The notes under the pieces are model-generated. The model was given only the letters and a program-made list of their open reading frames with translations. It ran no database searches and was not told where the DNA came from. The position numbers and the translations under genes were made by a program. This document shows positions 41,215-54,160 of a DNA stretch of 64,000 nucleotides, in pieces. Every line of letters starts with the position of its first letter. The stretch's first letter is position 1. Source of the stretch: Octopus sinensis (lineage: Eukaryota); the NCBI RefSeq assembly GCF_006345805.1, contig NC_043005.1:96038001-96102000 (forward strand), in the 5' to 3' direction.

Positions 41215-43200
41215 CATCATCTTCACTTGATGTTCATTTTCCCTGCTGACATGAGTTGGACATTTGACAAGATTTAGTGATCCACAAAGGTTGCCAAGTA
41301 CTCGCAAAACAGGAAAAGAATACAAAAAAGCCCCAAGATTGAGAGGGGCATGAGACTTTATGCAAGGTGTTGAGAGGCTGAAGTATGACAGATGGACAAA
41401 ACAAGTGTCTTGCTATAGGGGAAATATATGGCTACCCAGTATTATACGGTGGATGGGAGTAGTAGGAAAGAAGATAAAAATGGTAGTGATGGGGTGTCAG
41501 AGCAAACTCTCAAGGTACAAGAAGGTGAGCATAAGAGAAAATGTGGACAGTGGACTGCAGCAGGGGGAGATAATTTTATAACACTGTGTAAGAGGAGAGT
41601 AACAGATGGTTAGAGATGAAGTAGGGGTGAATGTAATGAGTGATAAACAAGGGTGGAGGTGTGATTGGTGGGAAATGCCAATATGGAAATGGACAGTAAG
41701 GTGAGAAAGATAGAAGTGACTCAGGAAGAAGGACAGATCAGGAAGTAAAACTATGATATGCAAGGTGTAGAGGTAATAGGGAGAGAGATGTAGAGATACA
41801 TAATGGGGAGTGTTATAGTGAGCGGGGCATGATGGTATGCCCCACTCACTATATGAGAGAGCATTGAGAATTGTGACATAAGAGAGATGTTAAGATGAAG
41901 TATGGCAGAAGAGGGAAAGAGATAAACTGAATGCAGAGAAAGGAGATGATTGGTGAAAATAGTGTGAGAAGTGATGATAATGAGAATGAGGGATAGAAGT
42001 GGTTCCAGAGTAAGGAAAGAGAAAACTTGTAAAACAGAGTCAGGGATGTGATTTAATATATGCTAATCCTGCTCTTACGTGATTACAGCAGCCAAGTAGT
42101 GCCATAGATAGTGGAGTGATGGAGAGATGGATTTGAAGGGATAAGACGTGGAGAATGATTGATGGGCTGAAGTGGGTGTAGATGCAGAGCCCACTATGGA
42201 CAAGCATAAACAAAATGCTTTTAGGATACCATTTTTACTGTGATAAATGGGTCTTCTCAAGCACAGCAAATCGACAATCACCTTGGTCCTTTGTAATATT
42301 TCAATATTTTGTCCTGTGTCTTCCTAAGTTTCCCTCTTCCACAAGTACCATCCACCTCAAACAACTGGTACTTCTTTATGCAGCTGTCTTCATTCATATG
42401 CATCAAATCACCAAATCAATGCAGTCTTCTTTCTTGCGCACTACATCTTATACCTAATTTTTCTCTCAATACATTAGCACTTTGTCATATATGCACAGGT
42501 ATTGCACATCCAACAGAACATACTAGGCAATGAGCTGGCAGAAGTGTTAGCACACCGGGCGAAATGCGTACCCGTATTTCATCTGCCGTTACGTTCTGAG
42601 TTCAAATTCCACTGAGGTCGACTTTGTCTTTCATCCTTTCGGGGTCGATTAAATAAGTACCAGTTATGCACTGGGGGTCGATATAATCGACTTAATCCGT
42701 TTGTCCTTGTTTGTCTCCTCTGTGTGTGGCCCCTTGTGGGCATTAAAGAAATAAGAACATACTAGGTTCCTTCTTTTCAAGTATCCACATATCTTCTGCA
42801 TTCAGGGCCCATGCCTCATTACTATGTAGCACTGCTATTTGTACACAACCATCACACAATATGCCTTTCACTCTGAGATTAAGAACTTTTGTCGCTCTCC
42901 TTTCTTTTTCATGCTGGCTGCTGAAGCAACCAGTTGTAATTTCTCTAGTTCCAACTTGTTTTGCTGTCTGTTGCCCTTTTGTTTCCAATGCTTTAGGATT
43001 TCCCTCATAGCATTACTCATACTTCATCTTCCCCCAAAGGCTATATTCTGTTTGTTTATTTCGTTTTTGCCCCTCATCCATCCACTAATGGTCTCATCTT
43101 GAATTACATTTATTCATTTCTGTATTGCTCGTTTATCCATTTATTCTTTGTCTCTTCTCATTCTGTTTACCATTGTCTTGTTTCTCAGCTAAACATCAAT
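41215..43200. mobile_element. Cluster of decayed LINE (RTE-like) fragments interrupted by a SINE
   Basis: Purine-rich degenerate coding-like sequence; ORF 42743-42988 GILCDGCVQIAVLHSNEAWAL resembles the RTE fragment at 32.5 kb. Confidence 0.5.
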
Positions 43201-44328
43201 CTTGCAGACTGCACAACTCTTATTAGAAGCTAAATGTTCACTTTTTATTCTTATAGTTGTGTAAAAATAAACATCTTGTCATACTTGTCAAGAACCAGTC
43301 GCAATGTTGGAGTTCAATTTAAGTTAAAGCTAGACATGACCAAAACATATCTAAGCAGTAAAGGGCATTTAAAAATTAATTAGTGTGTGGCTGATTGTTG
43401 AGAAAATATCAACATATTTGAGTTCTGTAAACATTATCACTGATGTCATTACCACCATCATCACTGCCACTGCCTCCACCTCCACCACCATCATCCTCAT
43501 CAGTATGCCTATTTTTCTATGCTTGCATGGGTTTGACAGGTTAACAACACAATATATTTTTCAATGTGCCTTACAGTCTTTTCTGGCATACAAACTGAAT
43601 TTTTGGGGGTTAAAATTTACAACCAAAAAAGATAGGTCCACGGTCCATTTAAAATGCAGCAGGATTTGGAAAGACAGCAACACTGTTTGAATGCCTACAC
43701 TACATGTTCACACTATATACTAAAGTGATTTGTATGCCAGAAAATATGGTAATCTCGTGTTTTGTCATAGGTGAGGCCCAATATGCAGAGTCCTAAACTG
43801 ACTGCATTGTCTCTGAAGTCTTCCAAGACCTACTTCTATTACCTACCCCTTCCACTTCAGCTCTTACTCTTTTACTCTTTTACTTGTTTCAGTCAGTTGA
43901 CTACGACCATGCTGGAGCACTGCCTTTAGTCGAGCAAATCGACCCCAGGACTTACTCTTTGGAAGTCTAGTACTTATTCTATCGGTCTCTTTTGCCAAAC
44001 CGCTAAGTTATGGGGATGTAAACACACCAGCATCGGTTGTCAAGTGATGTTGGGGGGACAAACACAGACACACAAACACACACACGCATATATATATATA
44101 TATACACATATATATGACAGGCTTCTTTCAGTTTCCGTCTACCAAATCCACTTACAAGGCTTTGGTCAGCCCGAGGCTATAGTAGAAGACACTTGCCCAA
44201 GGTGCCACACAGTGGAAATGAACCCAGAACCATGTGGTTGGTAAGCAAGCTACTTACCACACAGCCACTCTTTTTACTTTTCACCCAGCATGTACAATAA
44301 CAACACAAAAAATTCAAAATTTACATGT

Positions 44329-44446
44329 TCAATGATGTATACTCTTTAATTTAGAAACATAATTTACAAATAGATGTTGTGAACTGGCATTTGTGAAAAT
44401 ATCCTTAACTTCATCCAAGCTAGAACATTCTTGTATTTGCAAGGCA
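44329..44446 (-). CDS. RWDD3: RWDD3 last coding exon (ALQIQECSSLDEVKDIFTNASSQHLFVNYVSKLKSIHH*)
   Basis: Acceptor TTGTTATTTCAG|T completes the phase-2 codon from exon 4; aligns by eye with the RWDD3 C-terminus; TGA at 44331-44329. Total CDS 903 nt = 300 aa. Confidence 0.85.
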
Positions 44447-44915
44447 CTGAAATAACAAAATAAATGCACTTTTAAAGGAAAACTTTTCTTTTAGCAAATT
44501 TGTCATTTATGACTTTAAGATAAAAAGAAAAAAGTGAACAGACAGAAATAATCAATTTACTAATTTTCTAGAGTAAATGACTTATTATGAGCAGGGCAGG
44601 CATTCTCTAATAATAAGTATTTCATTAGCTTGCAATATTTGCGATTTATAAACTAATATTTTTATTAATTGGTTTATTAAGCTAGTATTTGGTGTGAAGA
44701 AAGTTTGCACATAAAATTATGATGGAATGTCCAGGGGTGGCTGTGTAGTAATGAGTTGGTTTTTCAACCACATGGTTCACACTGCATGGTACCTAGGGGA
44801 AGTGTCTTCTACTATAGCCCCAGGCTAACCAAAGCCCCAGGCTAACCAAAGCCCCAAAGCCTTGTGAGTGGATTTGGTAGACAGAAACCAAAGATTCATA
44901 TATATATATATATAT

Positions 44916-47900
44916 ATTATATAAAAGGGCTTAGTAAAATAAATTACTTTGCCGCATACTGAACTCGTTAGAAATAGCAGCTAAAAAAACTTTTTATAAA
45001 ACTATTTCTAACACTTAAAGAAAACCTCTCTCATATAGTGTTTGCTCAATTCAACTCAAGGAAGTATGGGGGTAGAGACATTAAAAAATCAAATGCAAAG
45101 GTTTTAACCCACGCTGGTGGAAAGGGGAGAGCAGAAATTCTTCGCTTGCATATTTGAGTTTGTTGGCACTGTTAGTTTGGAACAGATCTTCAGAAGCGAT
45201 AACAAGCCGAAAGGGTATGCTCCCATTTTCAGTGTTTTCAGATTCAAACAAGGGCATTCTGAGCTGATGAGAGAAGGGTCGATTTTGACTAATCTTGAAA
45301 CGTACGTACTCAAATAACCTTTGCATTTGATTTTTTAATGTCTCTACCCCCATACTTCCTTGAGTTGAATTGAGCAAACACTATATGAGAGAGGTTTTCT
45401 TTAAGTGTTAGAAATAGTTTTATAAAAAGTTTTTTTAGCTGCTATTTCTAACGAGTTCAGTATGCGGCAAAGTAATTTATTTTACTAAGCCCTTTTATAT
45501 AATGTAATAATTTGAATTCGCCTTAAATGGTCCTTTGCATACTGAATACTTGGTGAAATTGATTAATTGATTAATTAATTTTACCCTCAATTGTTGAAAT
45601 TATATAATTCATCTCTCTCTACTTAATGTCTCGGATTTTACCGAAAAAAACATAGTGTTTGCTGATTTTAACCCACGCTGGTGGAAGGGGAGAGCAGAAA
45701 TTCTTCGCTTGCATATTTGAGTTTGTTGGCACTGTTAGTTTGGAACAGATCTTCAGAAGCGATAACAAGCCGAAAGGGTATGCTCCCATTTTCAGTGTAT
45801 TCAGATTCAAACAAGGGCATTCTGAGCTGATGAGAGAAGGGTCGATTTTGACTAATCTTGAAACGTACGTACTCAAATAACCTTTGCATTTGATTTTTAA
45901 TGTCTCTACCCCCATACTTCCTTGAGTTGAATTGAGCAAACACTATATGAGAGAGGTTTTCTTTAAGTGTTAGAAATAGTTTTATAAAAAGTTTTTTTAG
46001 CTGCTATTTCTAACGAGTTCAGTATGCGCAAAGTAATTTATTTTACTAAGCCCTTTTATATAATGTAATAATTTGAATTCGCCTTAAATGGTCCCTTTGC
46101 ATACTGAATACTTGGTGAAATTGATTAATTAATTAATTATTTTACCCTCAATTGTTGAAATTATAATTCATCTCTCTCTACTTAATGTCTCGGATTTTAC
46201 CGAAAAAAACATAGTGTTTGCTGATTTTAACCCACGCTGGTGAAAGGGGAGAGCAGAAATCTTCGCTTGCATATTTGAGTTTGTTGGCACTGTTAGTTTG
46301 GAACAGATCTTCAGAAGCGATAACAAGCCGAAAGGGTATGCTCCCCCATTTCAGTGTTTTCAGATTCAAACAAGGGCATTCTGAGCTGATGAGAGAAGGG
46401 TCGATTTTGACTAATCTTGAAACGTACGTACTCAAATAACCTTTGCATTTGATTTTTTAATGTCTCTACCCCCATACTTCCTTGAGTTGAATTGAGCAAA
46501 CACTATATGAGAGAGGTTTTCTTTAAGTGTTAGAAATAGTTTATTTAAAAAGTTTTTTTAGCTGCTATTTCTAACGAGTTCAGTATGCGGCGGCAAAGTA
46601 ATTTATTTTACTAAGCCCTTTTATATAATGTAATAATTTGAATTCGCCTTAAATGGTCCCTTTGCATACTGAATACTTGGTGAAATTGATTAATTAATTA
46701 ATTAATTTTACCCTCAATTGTTGAATTATAATTCATCTCTCTCTACTTAATGTCTCTCGGATTTTACCGAAAAAAACATAGTGTTTGCTGATTTTAACCC
46801 ACGCTGGTGGAAAGGGGAGAGCAGAAATTCTTCGCTTGCATATTTGAGTTTGTTGGCACTGTTAGTTTGGAACAGATCTTCAGAAGCGATAACAAGCCGA
46901 AAGGGTATGCTCCCATTTTCAGTGTATTCAGATTCAAACAAGGGCATTCTGAGCTGATGAGAGAAGGGTCGATTTTGACTAATCTTGAAACGTACGTACT
47001 CAAATAACCTTTGCATTTGATTTTTTAATGTCTCTACCCCCATACTTCCTTGAGTTGAATTGAGCAAACACTATATGAGAGAGGTTTTCTTTAAGTGTTA
47101 GAAATAGTTTTATAAAAAGTTTTTTTAGCTGCTATTTCTAACGAGTTCAGTATGCGGCAAAGTAATATTATTTTACTAAGCCCTTTTATATAATGTAATA
47201 ATTTGAATTCGCCTTAAATGGTCCCTTTGCATACTGAATACTTGGTGAAATTGATTAATTAATTAATTAATTTTACCCTCAATTGTTGAAATTATAATTC
47301 ATCTCTCTCTACTTAATGTCTCGGATTTTACCGAAAAAAACATAGTGTTTGCTGATTTTAACCCACGCTGGTGGAAAGGGGAGAGCAGAAATTCTTCGCT
47401 TGCATATTTGAGTTTGTTGGCACTGTTAGTTTGGAACAGATCTTCAGAAGCGATAACAAGCCGAAAGGGTATGCTCCCATTTTCAGTGTTTTCAGATTCA
47501 AACAAGGGCATTCTGAGCTGATGAGAGAAGGGTCGATTTTGACTAATCTTGAAACGTACGTACTCAAATAACCTTTGCATTTGATTTTTTAATGTCTCTA
47601 CCCCCATACTTCTTGAGTTGAATTGAGCAAACACTATATGAGAGAGGTTTTCTTTAAGTGTTAGAAATAGTTTTATAAAAAGTTTTTTTAGCTGCTATTT
47701 CTAACGAGTTCAGTATGCGGCAAAGTAATTTATTTTACTAAGCCCTTTTATATAATGTAATAATTTGAATTCGCCTTAATGGTCCCTTTGCATACTGAAT
47801 ACTTGGTGAAATTGATTAATTAATTAATTAATTTTACCCTCAATTGTTGAAATTATAATTCATCTCTCTCTCTACTTAATGTCTCGGATTTTACCGAAAA

Positions 47901-50900
47901 AAACATAGTGTTTGCTGATTTTAACCCACGCTGGTGGAAAGGGGAGAGCAGAAATTCTTCGCTTGCATATTTGAGTTTGTTGGCACTGTTGGGAACAGAT
48001 CTTCAGAAGCGATAACAAGCCGAAAGGGTATGCTCCCATTTTCAGTGTTTTCAGATTCAAACAAGGGCATTCTGAGCTGAAGAGAGAAGGGTCGATTTTT
48101 GACTAATCTTGAAACGTACGTACTCAAATAACCTTTGCATTTGATTTTTTAATGTCTCTACCCTCATACTTCCTTGAGTTGAATTGAGCAAACACTATAT
48201 GAGAGAGATTTTCTTTAAGTGTTAGAAATAGTTTTATAAAAAGTTTTTTTAGCTGCTATTTCTAACGAGTTCAGTATGCGGCAAAGTAATTTATTTTACT
48301 AAGCCCTTATATAATGTAATAATTTGAATTCGCCTTAAATGGTCCCTTTGCATACTGAATACTTGGTGAAATTGATTAATTAATTAATTAATTTTACCCT
48401 CAATTGTTGAAATTATAATTCATCTCTCTCTAATTAATGTCTCGGATTTTACCGTAAAAAAACAGAGTGTTTTGCTGATTTTAACCCACGCTGGTGGAAA
48501 GGGGAGAGCAGAAATTCTTCACTTGCATATTTGAATTGGTTGGCACTGTTAGTTTGGAACAGATCTTCAGAAGCGATAACAAGCCGAAAGGGTATGCTCC
48601 CATTTTCAGTGTTTTCAAATTCAAACAAGGGCATTCTGAGCTGATGAGAGAAGGGTCGATTTTGACTAATCTTGAAACGTACGTACTCAAATAACCTTTG
48701 CATTTGATTTTTTAATGTCTCTACCCCCATACTTCCTTGAGTTGAATTGAGCAAACACTATATGAGAGAGATTTTCTTTAAGTGTTAGAAATAGTTTTAT
48801 AAAAAGTTTTTTTAGCTGCTATTTCTAACGAGTTCAGTATGCGGCAAAGTAATTTATTTTACTAAGCCCTTTTATATAATGTAATAATTTGAATTCGCCT
48901 TAAATGGTCCCTTTGCATACTGAATACTTGGTGAAATTGATTAATTAATTAATTATTTTACCCTCAAATGTTGAAATTATAATTCATCTCTCTCTACTTA
49001 ATGTCTCGGATTTTACCGAAAAAAACATAGTGTTTGCTGATTTTAACCCACGCTGGTGGAAAGGGGAGAGCAGAAATTCTTCGCTTGCATATTTGAGTTT
49101 GTTGGCACTGTTAGTTTGGAACAGATCTTCAGAAGCGATAACAAGCCGAAAGGGTATGCTCCCATTTTCAGTGTTTTCAGATTCAAACAAGGGCATTCTG
49201 AGCTGATGAGAGAAGGGTCGATTTTGACTAATCTTGAAACGTACGTACTCAAATAACCTTTGCATTTGATTTTTTAATGTCTCTACACCCATACTTCCTT
49301 GAGTTGAATTGAGCAACACTATATGAGAGAGGTTTTCTTTAAGTGTTAGAAATAGTTTTATAAAAAGTTTTTTTAGCTGCTATTTCTAACGAGTTCAGTA
49401 TGCGGCAAAGTAATTTATTTTACTAAGCCCTTTTATATAATGTAATAATTTGAATTCGCCTTAAATGGTCCCTTTGCATACTGAATACTTGGTGAAATTG
49501 ATTAATTAATTAATTAATTTTACCCTCAATGTGTTGAAATTAATCATCTCTCTACTTAATGTCTCGGATTTTACCGAAAAAAACATAGTGTTTGCTGATT
49601 TTAACCCACGCTGGTGGAAAGGGGAGAGCAGAAATTCTTCGCTTGCATATTTGAGTTTGTTGGCACTGTTAGTTTGGAACAGATCTTCAGAAGCGATAAC
49701 AAGCCGAAAGGGTATGCTCCCATTTTCAGTGTTTTCAGATTCAAACAAGGGCATTCTGAGCTGATGAGAGAAGGGTCGATTTTGACTAATCTTGAAACGT
49801 ACGTACTCAAATAACTTTGCATTTGATTTTTTAATGTCTCTACCCCCATACTCCTTGAGTTGAATTGAGCAAACACTATATGAGAGAGGTTTTCTTTAAG
49901 TGTTAGAAATAGTTTTTAAAAAGTTTTTTTTAGCTGCTATTTCTAACGAGTTCAGTATGCGGCAAAGTAATTTATTTTACTAAGCCCTTTTATATAATGT
50001 AATAATTTGAATTCGCCTTAAATGGTCCCTTTGCATACTGAATACTTGGTGAAATTGATTAATTAATTAATTAATTTTACCCTCAATTGTTGAAATTATA
50101 ATTCATCTCTCTCTACTTAATGTCTCGGATTTTACCGAAAAAAACATAGTGTTTGCTGATTTTAACCCACGCTGGTGGAAAGGGGAGAGCAGAAATTCTT
50201 CGCTTGCATATTTGAGTTTGTTGGCACTGTTAGTTTGGAACAGATCTTCAGAAGCGATAACAAGCCGAAAGGGTATGCTCCCATTTTCAGTGTATTCAGA
50301 TTCAAACAAGGGCATTCTGAGCTGATGAGAGAAGGGTCGATTTTGACTAATCTTGAAACGTACGTACTCAAATAACCTTTGCATTTGATTTTTTAATGTC
50401 TCTACACCATACTTCCTTGAGTTGAATTGAGCAAACACTATATGAGAGAGGTTTTCTTTAAGTGTTAGAAATAGTTTTATAAAAAGTTTTTTTAGCTGCT
50501 ATTTCTAACGAGTTCAGTATGCGGCAAAGTAATTTATTTTACTAAGCCCTTTTATATAATGTAATAATTTGAATTCGCCTTAAATGGTCCCTTTGCATAC
50601 TGAATACTTGGTGAAATTGATTAATTAATTAATTAATTTTACCCTCAATTGTTGAAATTATAATTCATCTCTCTCTACTTAATGTCTCGGATTTTACCGA
50701 AAAAAACATAGTGTTTGCTGATTTTAACCCACGCTGGTGGAAAGGGGAGAGCAGAAATTCTTCGCTTGCATATTTGAGTTTGTTGGCACTGTTAGTTTGG
50801 AACAGATCTTCAGAAGCGATAACAAGCCGAAAGGGTATGCTCCCATTTTCAGTGTTTTCAGATTCAAACAAGGGCATTCTGAGCTGATGAGAGAAGGGTC

Positions 50901-53900
50901 GATTTTGACTAATCTTGAAACGTACGTACTCAAATAACCTTTGCATTTGATTTTTTAATGTCTCTACCCCCATACTTCCTTGAGTTGAATTGAGCAAACA
51001 CTATATGAGAGAGGTTTTCTTTAAGTGTTAGAAATAGTTTTATAAAAAGTTTTTTTAGCTGCTATTTCTAACGAGTTCAGTATGCGGCAAAGTAATTTAT
51101 TTTACTAAGCCCTTTTATATAATGTAATAATTTGAATTCGCCTTAAATGGTCCCTTTGCATACTGAATACTTGGTGAAATTGATTAATTAATTAATTAAT
51201 TTTACCCTCAATTGTTGAAATTATAATTCATCTCTCTCTACTTAATGTCTCGGATTTTACCGAAAAAAACATAGTGTTTGCTGATTTTAACCCACGCTGG
51301 TGGAAAGGGGAGAGCAGAAATTCTTCGCTTGCATATTTGAGTTTGTTGGCACTGTTAGTTTGGAACAGATCTTCAGAAGCGATAACAAGCCGAAAGGGTA
51401 TGCTCCCATTTTCAGTGTTTTCAGATTCAAACAAGGGCATTCTGAGCTGATGAGAGAAGGGTCGATTTTGACTAATCTTGAAACGTACGTACTCAAATAA
51501 CCTTTGCATTTGATTTTTTAATGTCTCTACCCCCATACTTCCTTGAGTTGAATTGAGCAAACACTATATGAGAGAGGTTTTCTTTAAGTGTTAGAAATAG
51601 TTTTATAAAAAGTTTTTTTAGCTGCTATTTCTAACGAGTTCAGTATGCGGCAAAGTAATTTATTTTACTAAGCCCTTTTATATAATGTAATAATTTGAAT
51701 TCGCCTTAAATGGTCCCTTTGCATACTGAATACTTGGTGAAATTGATTAATTAATTAATTAATTTTACCCTCAATTGTTGAAATTATAATCATCTCTCTC
51801 TACTTAATGTCTCGGATTTTACCGAAAAAAACATAGTGTTTGCTGATTTTAACCCACGCTGGTGGAAAGGGGAGAGCAGAGAATTCTTCGCTTGCATATT
51901 TGAGTTTGTTGGCACTGTTAGTTTGGAACAGATCTTCAGAAGCGATAACAAGCCGAAAGGGTATGCTCCCATTTTCAGTGTTTTCAGATTCAAACAAGGG
52001 CATTCTGAGCTGATGAGAGAAGGGTCGATTTTGACTAATCTTGAAACGTACGTACTCAAATAACCTTTGCATTTGATTTTTTAATGTCTCTACCCCCATA
52101 CTTCCTTGAGTTGAATTGAGCAAACACTATATGAGAGAGGTTTTCTTTAAGTGTTAGAAATAGTTTTATAAAAAGTTTTTTTAGCTGCTATTTCTAACGA
52201 GTTCAGTATGCGGCAAAGTAATTTATTTTACTAAGCCCTTTTATATAATGTAATAATTTGAATTCGCCTTAAATGGTCCCTTTGCATACTGAATACTTGG
52301 TGAAATTGATTAATTAATTAATTAATTTTACCCTCAATTGTTGTTGAATTAAATTATAATTCATCTCTCTCTACTTTGTCTCGGATTTTACCGAAAAAAA
52401 CATAGTGTTTGCTGATTTTAACCCACGCTGGTGGAAAGGGGAGAGCAGAAATTCTTCGCTTGCATATTTGAGTTTGTTGGCACTGTTAGTTTGGAACAGA
52501 TCTTCAGAAGCGATAACAAGCCGAAAGGGTATGCTCCCATTTTCAGTGTTTTCAGATTCAAACAAGGGCATTCTGAGCTGATGAGAGAAGGGTCGATTTT
52601 GACTAATCTTGAAACGTACGTACTCAAATAACCTTTGCATTTGATTTTTTAATGTCTCTACCCCCATACTTCCTTGAGTTGAATTGAGCAAACACTATAT
52701 GAGAGAGGTTTTCTTTAAGTGTTAGAAATAGTTTTATAAAAAGTTTTTTTAGCTGCTATTTCTAACGAGTTCAGTATGCGGCAAAGTATTTATTTTTTTA
52801 CTAAGCCCTTTTTATAATGTAATAATTTGAATCGCCTTAAATGGTCCCTTTGCATACTGAATACTTGGTGAAATTGATTAATTAATTAATTAATTTTACC
52901 CTCAATTGTTGAAATTATAATTCATCTCTCTCTACTTAATGTCTCGGATTTTACCGAAAAAAACATAGTGTTTGCTGATTTTAACCCACGCTGGTGGAAA
53001 GGGGAGAGCAGAAATTCTTCGCTTGCATATTTGAGTTTGTTGGCACTGTTAGTTTGGAACAGATCTTCAGAAGCGATAACAAGCCGAAAGGGTATGCTCC
53101 CATTTTCAGTGTTTTCAGATTCAAACAAGGGCATTCTGAGCTGATGAGAGAAGGGTCGATTTTGACTAATCTTGAAACGTACGTACTCAAATAACCTTTG
53201 CATTTGATTTTTTAATGTCTCTACACCCATACTTCCTTGAGTTGAATTGAGCAAACACTATATGAGAGAGTTTTCTTTAAGTGTTAGAAATAGTTTTATA
53301 AAAAGTTTTTTTAGCTGCTATTTCTAACGAGTTCAGTATGCGGCAAAGTAATTTATTTTACTAAGCCCTTTTATATAATGTAATAATTTGAATTCGCCTA
53401 AATGGTCCCTTTGCATACTGAATACTTGGTGAAATTGATTAATTAATTAATTAATTTTACCCTCAATTGTTGAAATTATAATTCATCTCTCTCTACTTAA
53501 TGTCTCGGATTTTACCGAAAAAAACATAGTGTTTGCTGATTTTAACCCACGCTGGTGGAAAGGGGAGAGCAGAAATTCTTCGCTTGCATATTTGAGTTTG
53601 TTGGCACTGTTAGTTTGGAACAGATCTTCAGAAGCGATAACAAGCCGAAAGGGTATGCTCCCATTTTCAGTGTTTTCAGATTCAAACAAGGGCATTCTGA
53701 GCTGATGAGAGAAGGGTCGATTTTGACTAATCTTGAAACGTACGTACTCAAATAACCTTTGCATTTGATTTTTTAATGTCTCTACCCCCATACTTCCTTG
53801 AGTTGAATTGAGCAAACACTATATGAGAGAGGTTTTCTTTAAGTGTTAGAAATAGTTTTATAAAAAGTTTTTTTAGCTGCTATTTCTAACGAGTTCAGTA

Positions 53901-54043
53901 TGCGGCAAAGTAATTTATTTTACTAAGCCCTTTTATATAATGTAATAATTTGAATTCGCCTTAAATGGTCCCTTTGCATACTGAATACTTGGTGAAATTG
54001 ATTAATTAATTAATTAATTTTACCCTCAATTGTTGAAATTATA
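44916..54043 (+). repeat. Tandem array of 16 x ~563-bp hammerhead-ribozyme-containing units (non-LTR retrozyme / Penelope pLTR-like multimer) in RWDD3 intron 4
   Basis: Sixteen CTGA(T/A)GA...GAAACGTACGTA motifs spaced 558-568 bp (mean ~562.5). Units are nearly identical. The array is flanked by (TA)n and its left end is an inverted copy of part of the unit. Confidence 0.95.
45245..45329 (+). ncRNA. Type I hammerhead ribozyme (first of 16 copies)
   Basis: Stem I UGAG/CUCA extended by AUU/AAU, AAGG/CCUU and CAAA/UUUG. Core CUGAUGA at 45264-45270; stem II GAGA/UCUU plus GGUC/GACU, loop GAUUUU; GAAA at 45297-45300; stem III AC-GUAC-GU; predicted cleavage GUA after 45308. Other predicted sites after 45871, 46430, 46998, 47562, 48122, 48685, 49247, 49805, 50366, 50928, 51491, 52054, 52622, 53185, 53746. 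Confidence 0.85.
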
Positions 54044-54052
54044 TATATATAT

Positions 54053-54119
<67 letters not shown>

Positions 54120-54160
54120 GCATATATATATGTGTGTGTGTGTATATATATATATATGTA

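Noticed and set aside
45190-45215. Second hammerhead-like fragments in the unit (CTGAAGA on the minus strand; CCGAAAG on the plus strand)
   Set aside because: Neither is paired with the other half of the core at a usable spacing with closing stems.
45081-53815. Repeated 106-111 aa (minus), 69 aa (minus) and 66 aa (plus) ORFs in every array unit
   Set aside because: No recognisable domain, several start at non-ATG codons, and frameshifts differ between copies. They recur only because the unit repeats; the RNA motif explains the unit better.
44916-54043. Array as CRISPR, 5S rDNA, tRNA or snRNA cluster
   Set aside because: No unique spacers, and no 5S, tRNA or snRNA sequence recognised. No convincing Pol III A/B boxes, and many internal T-runs on the + strand.
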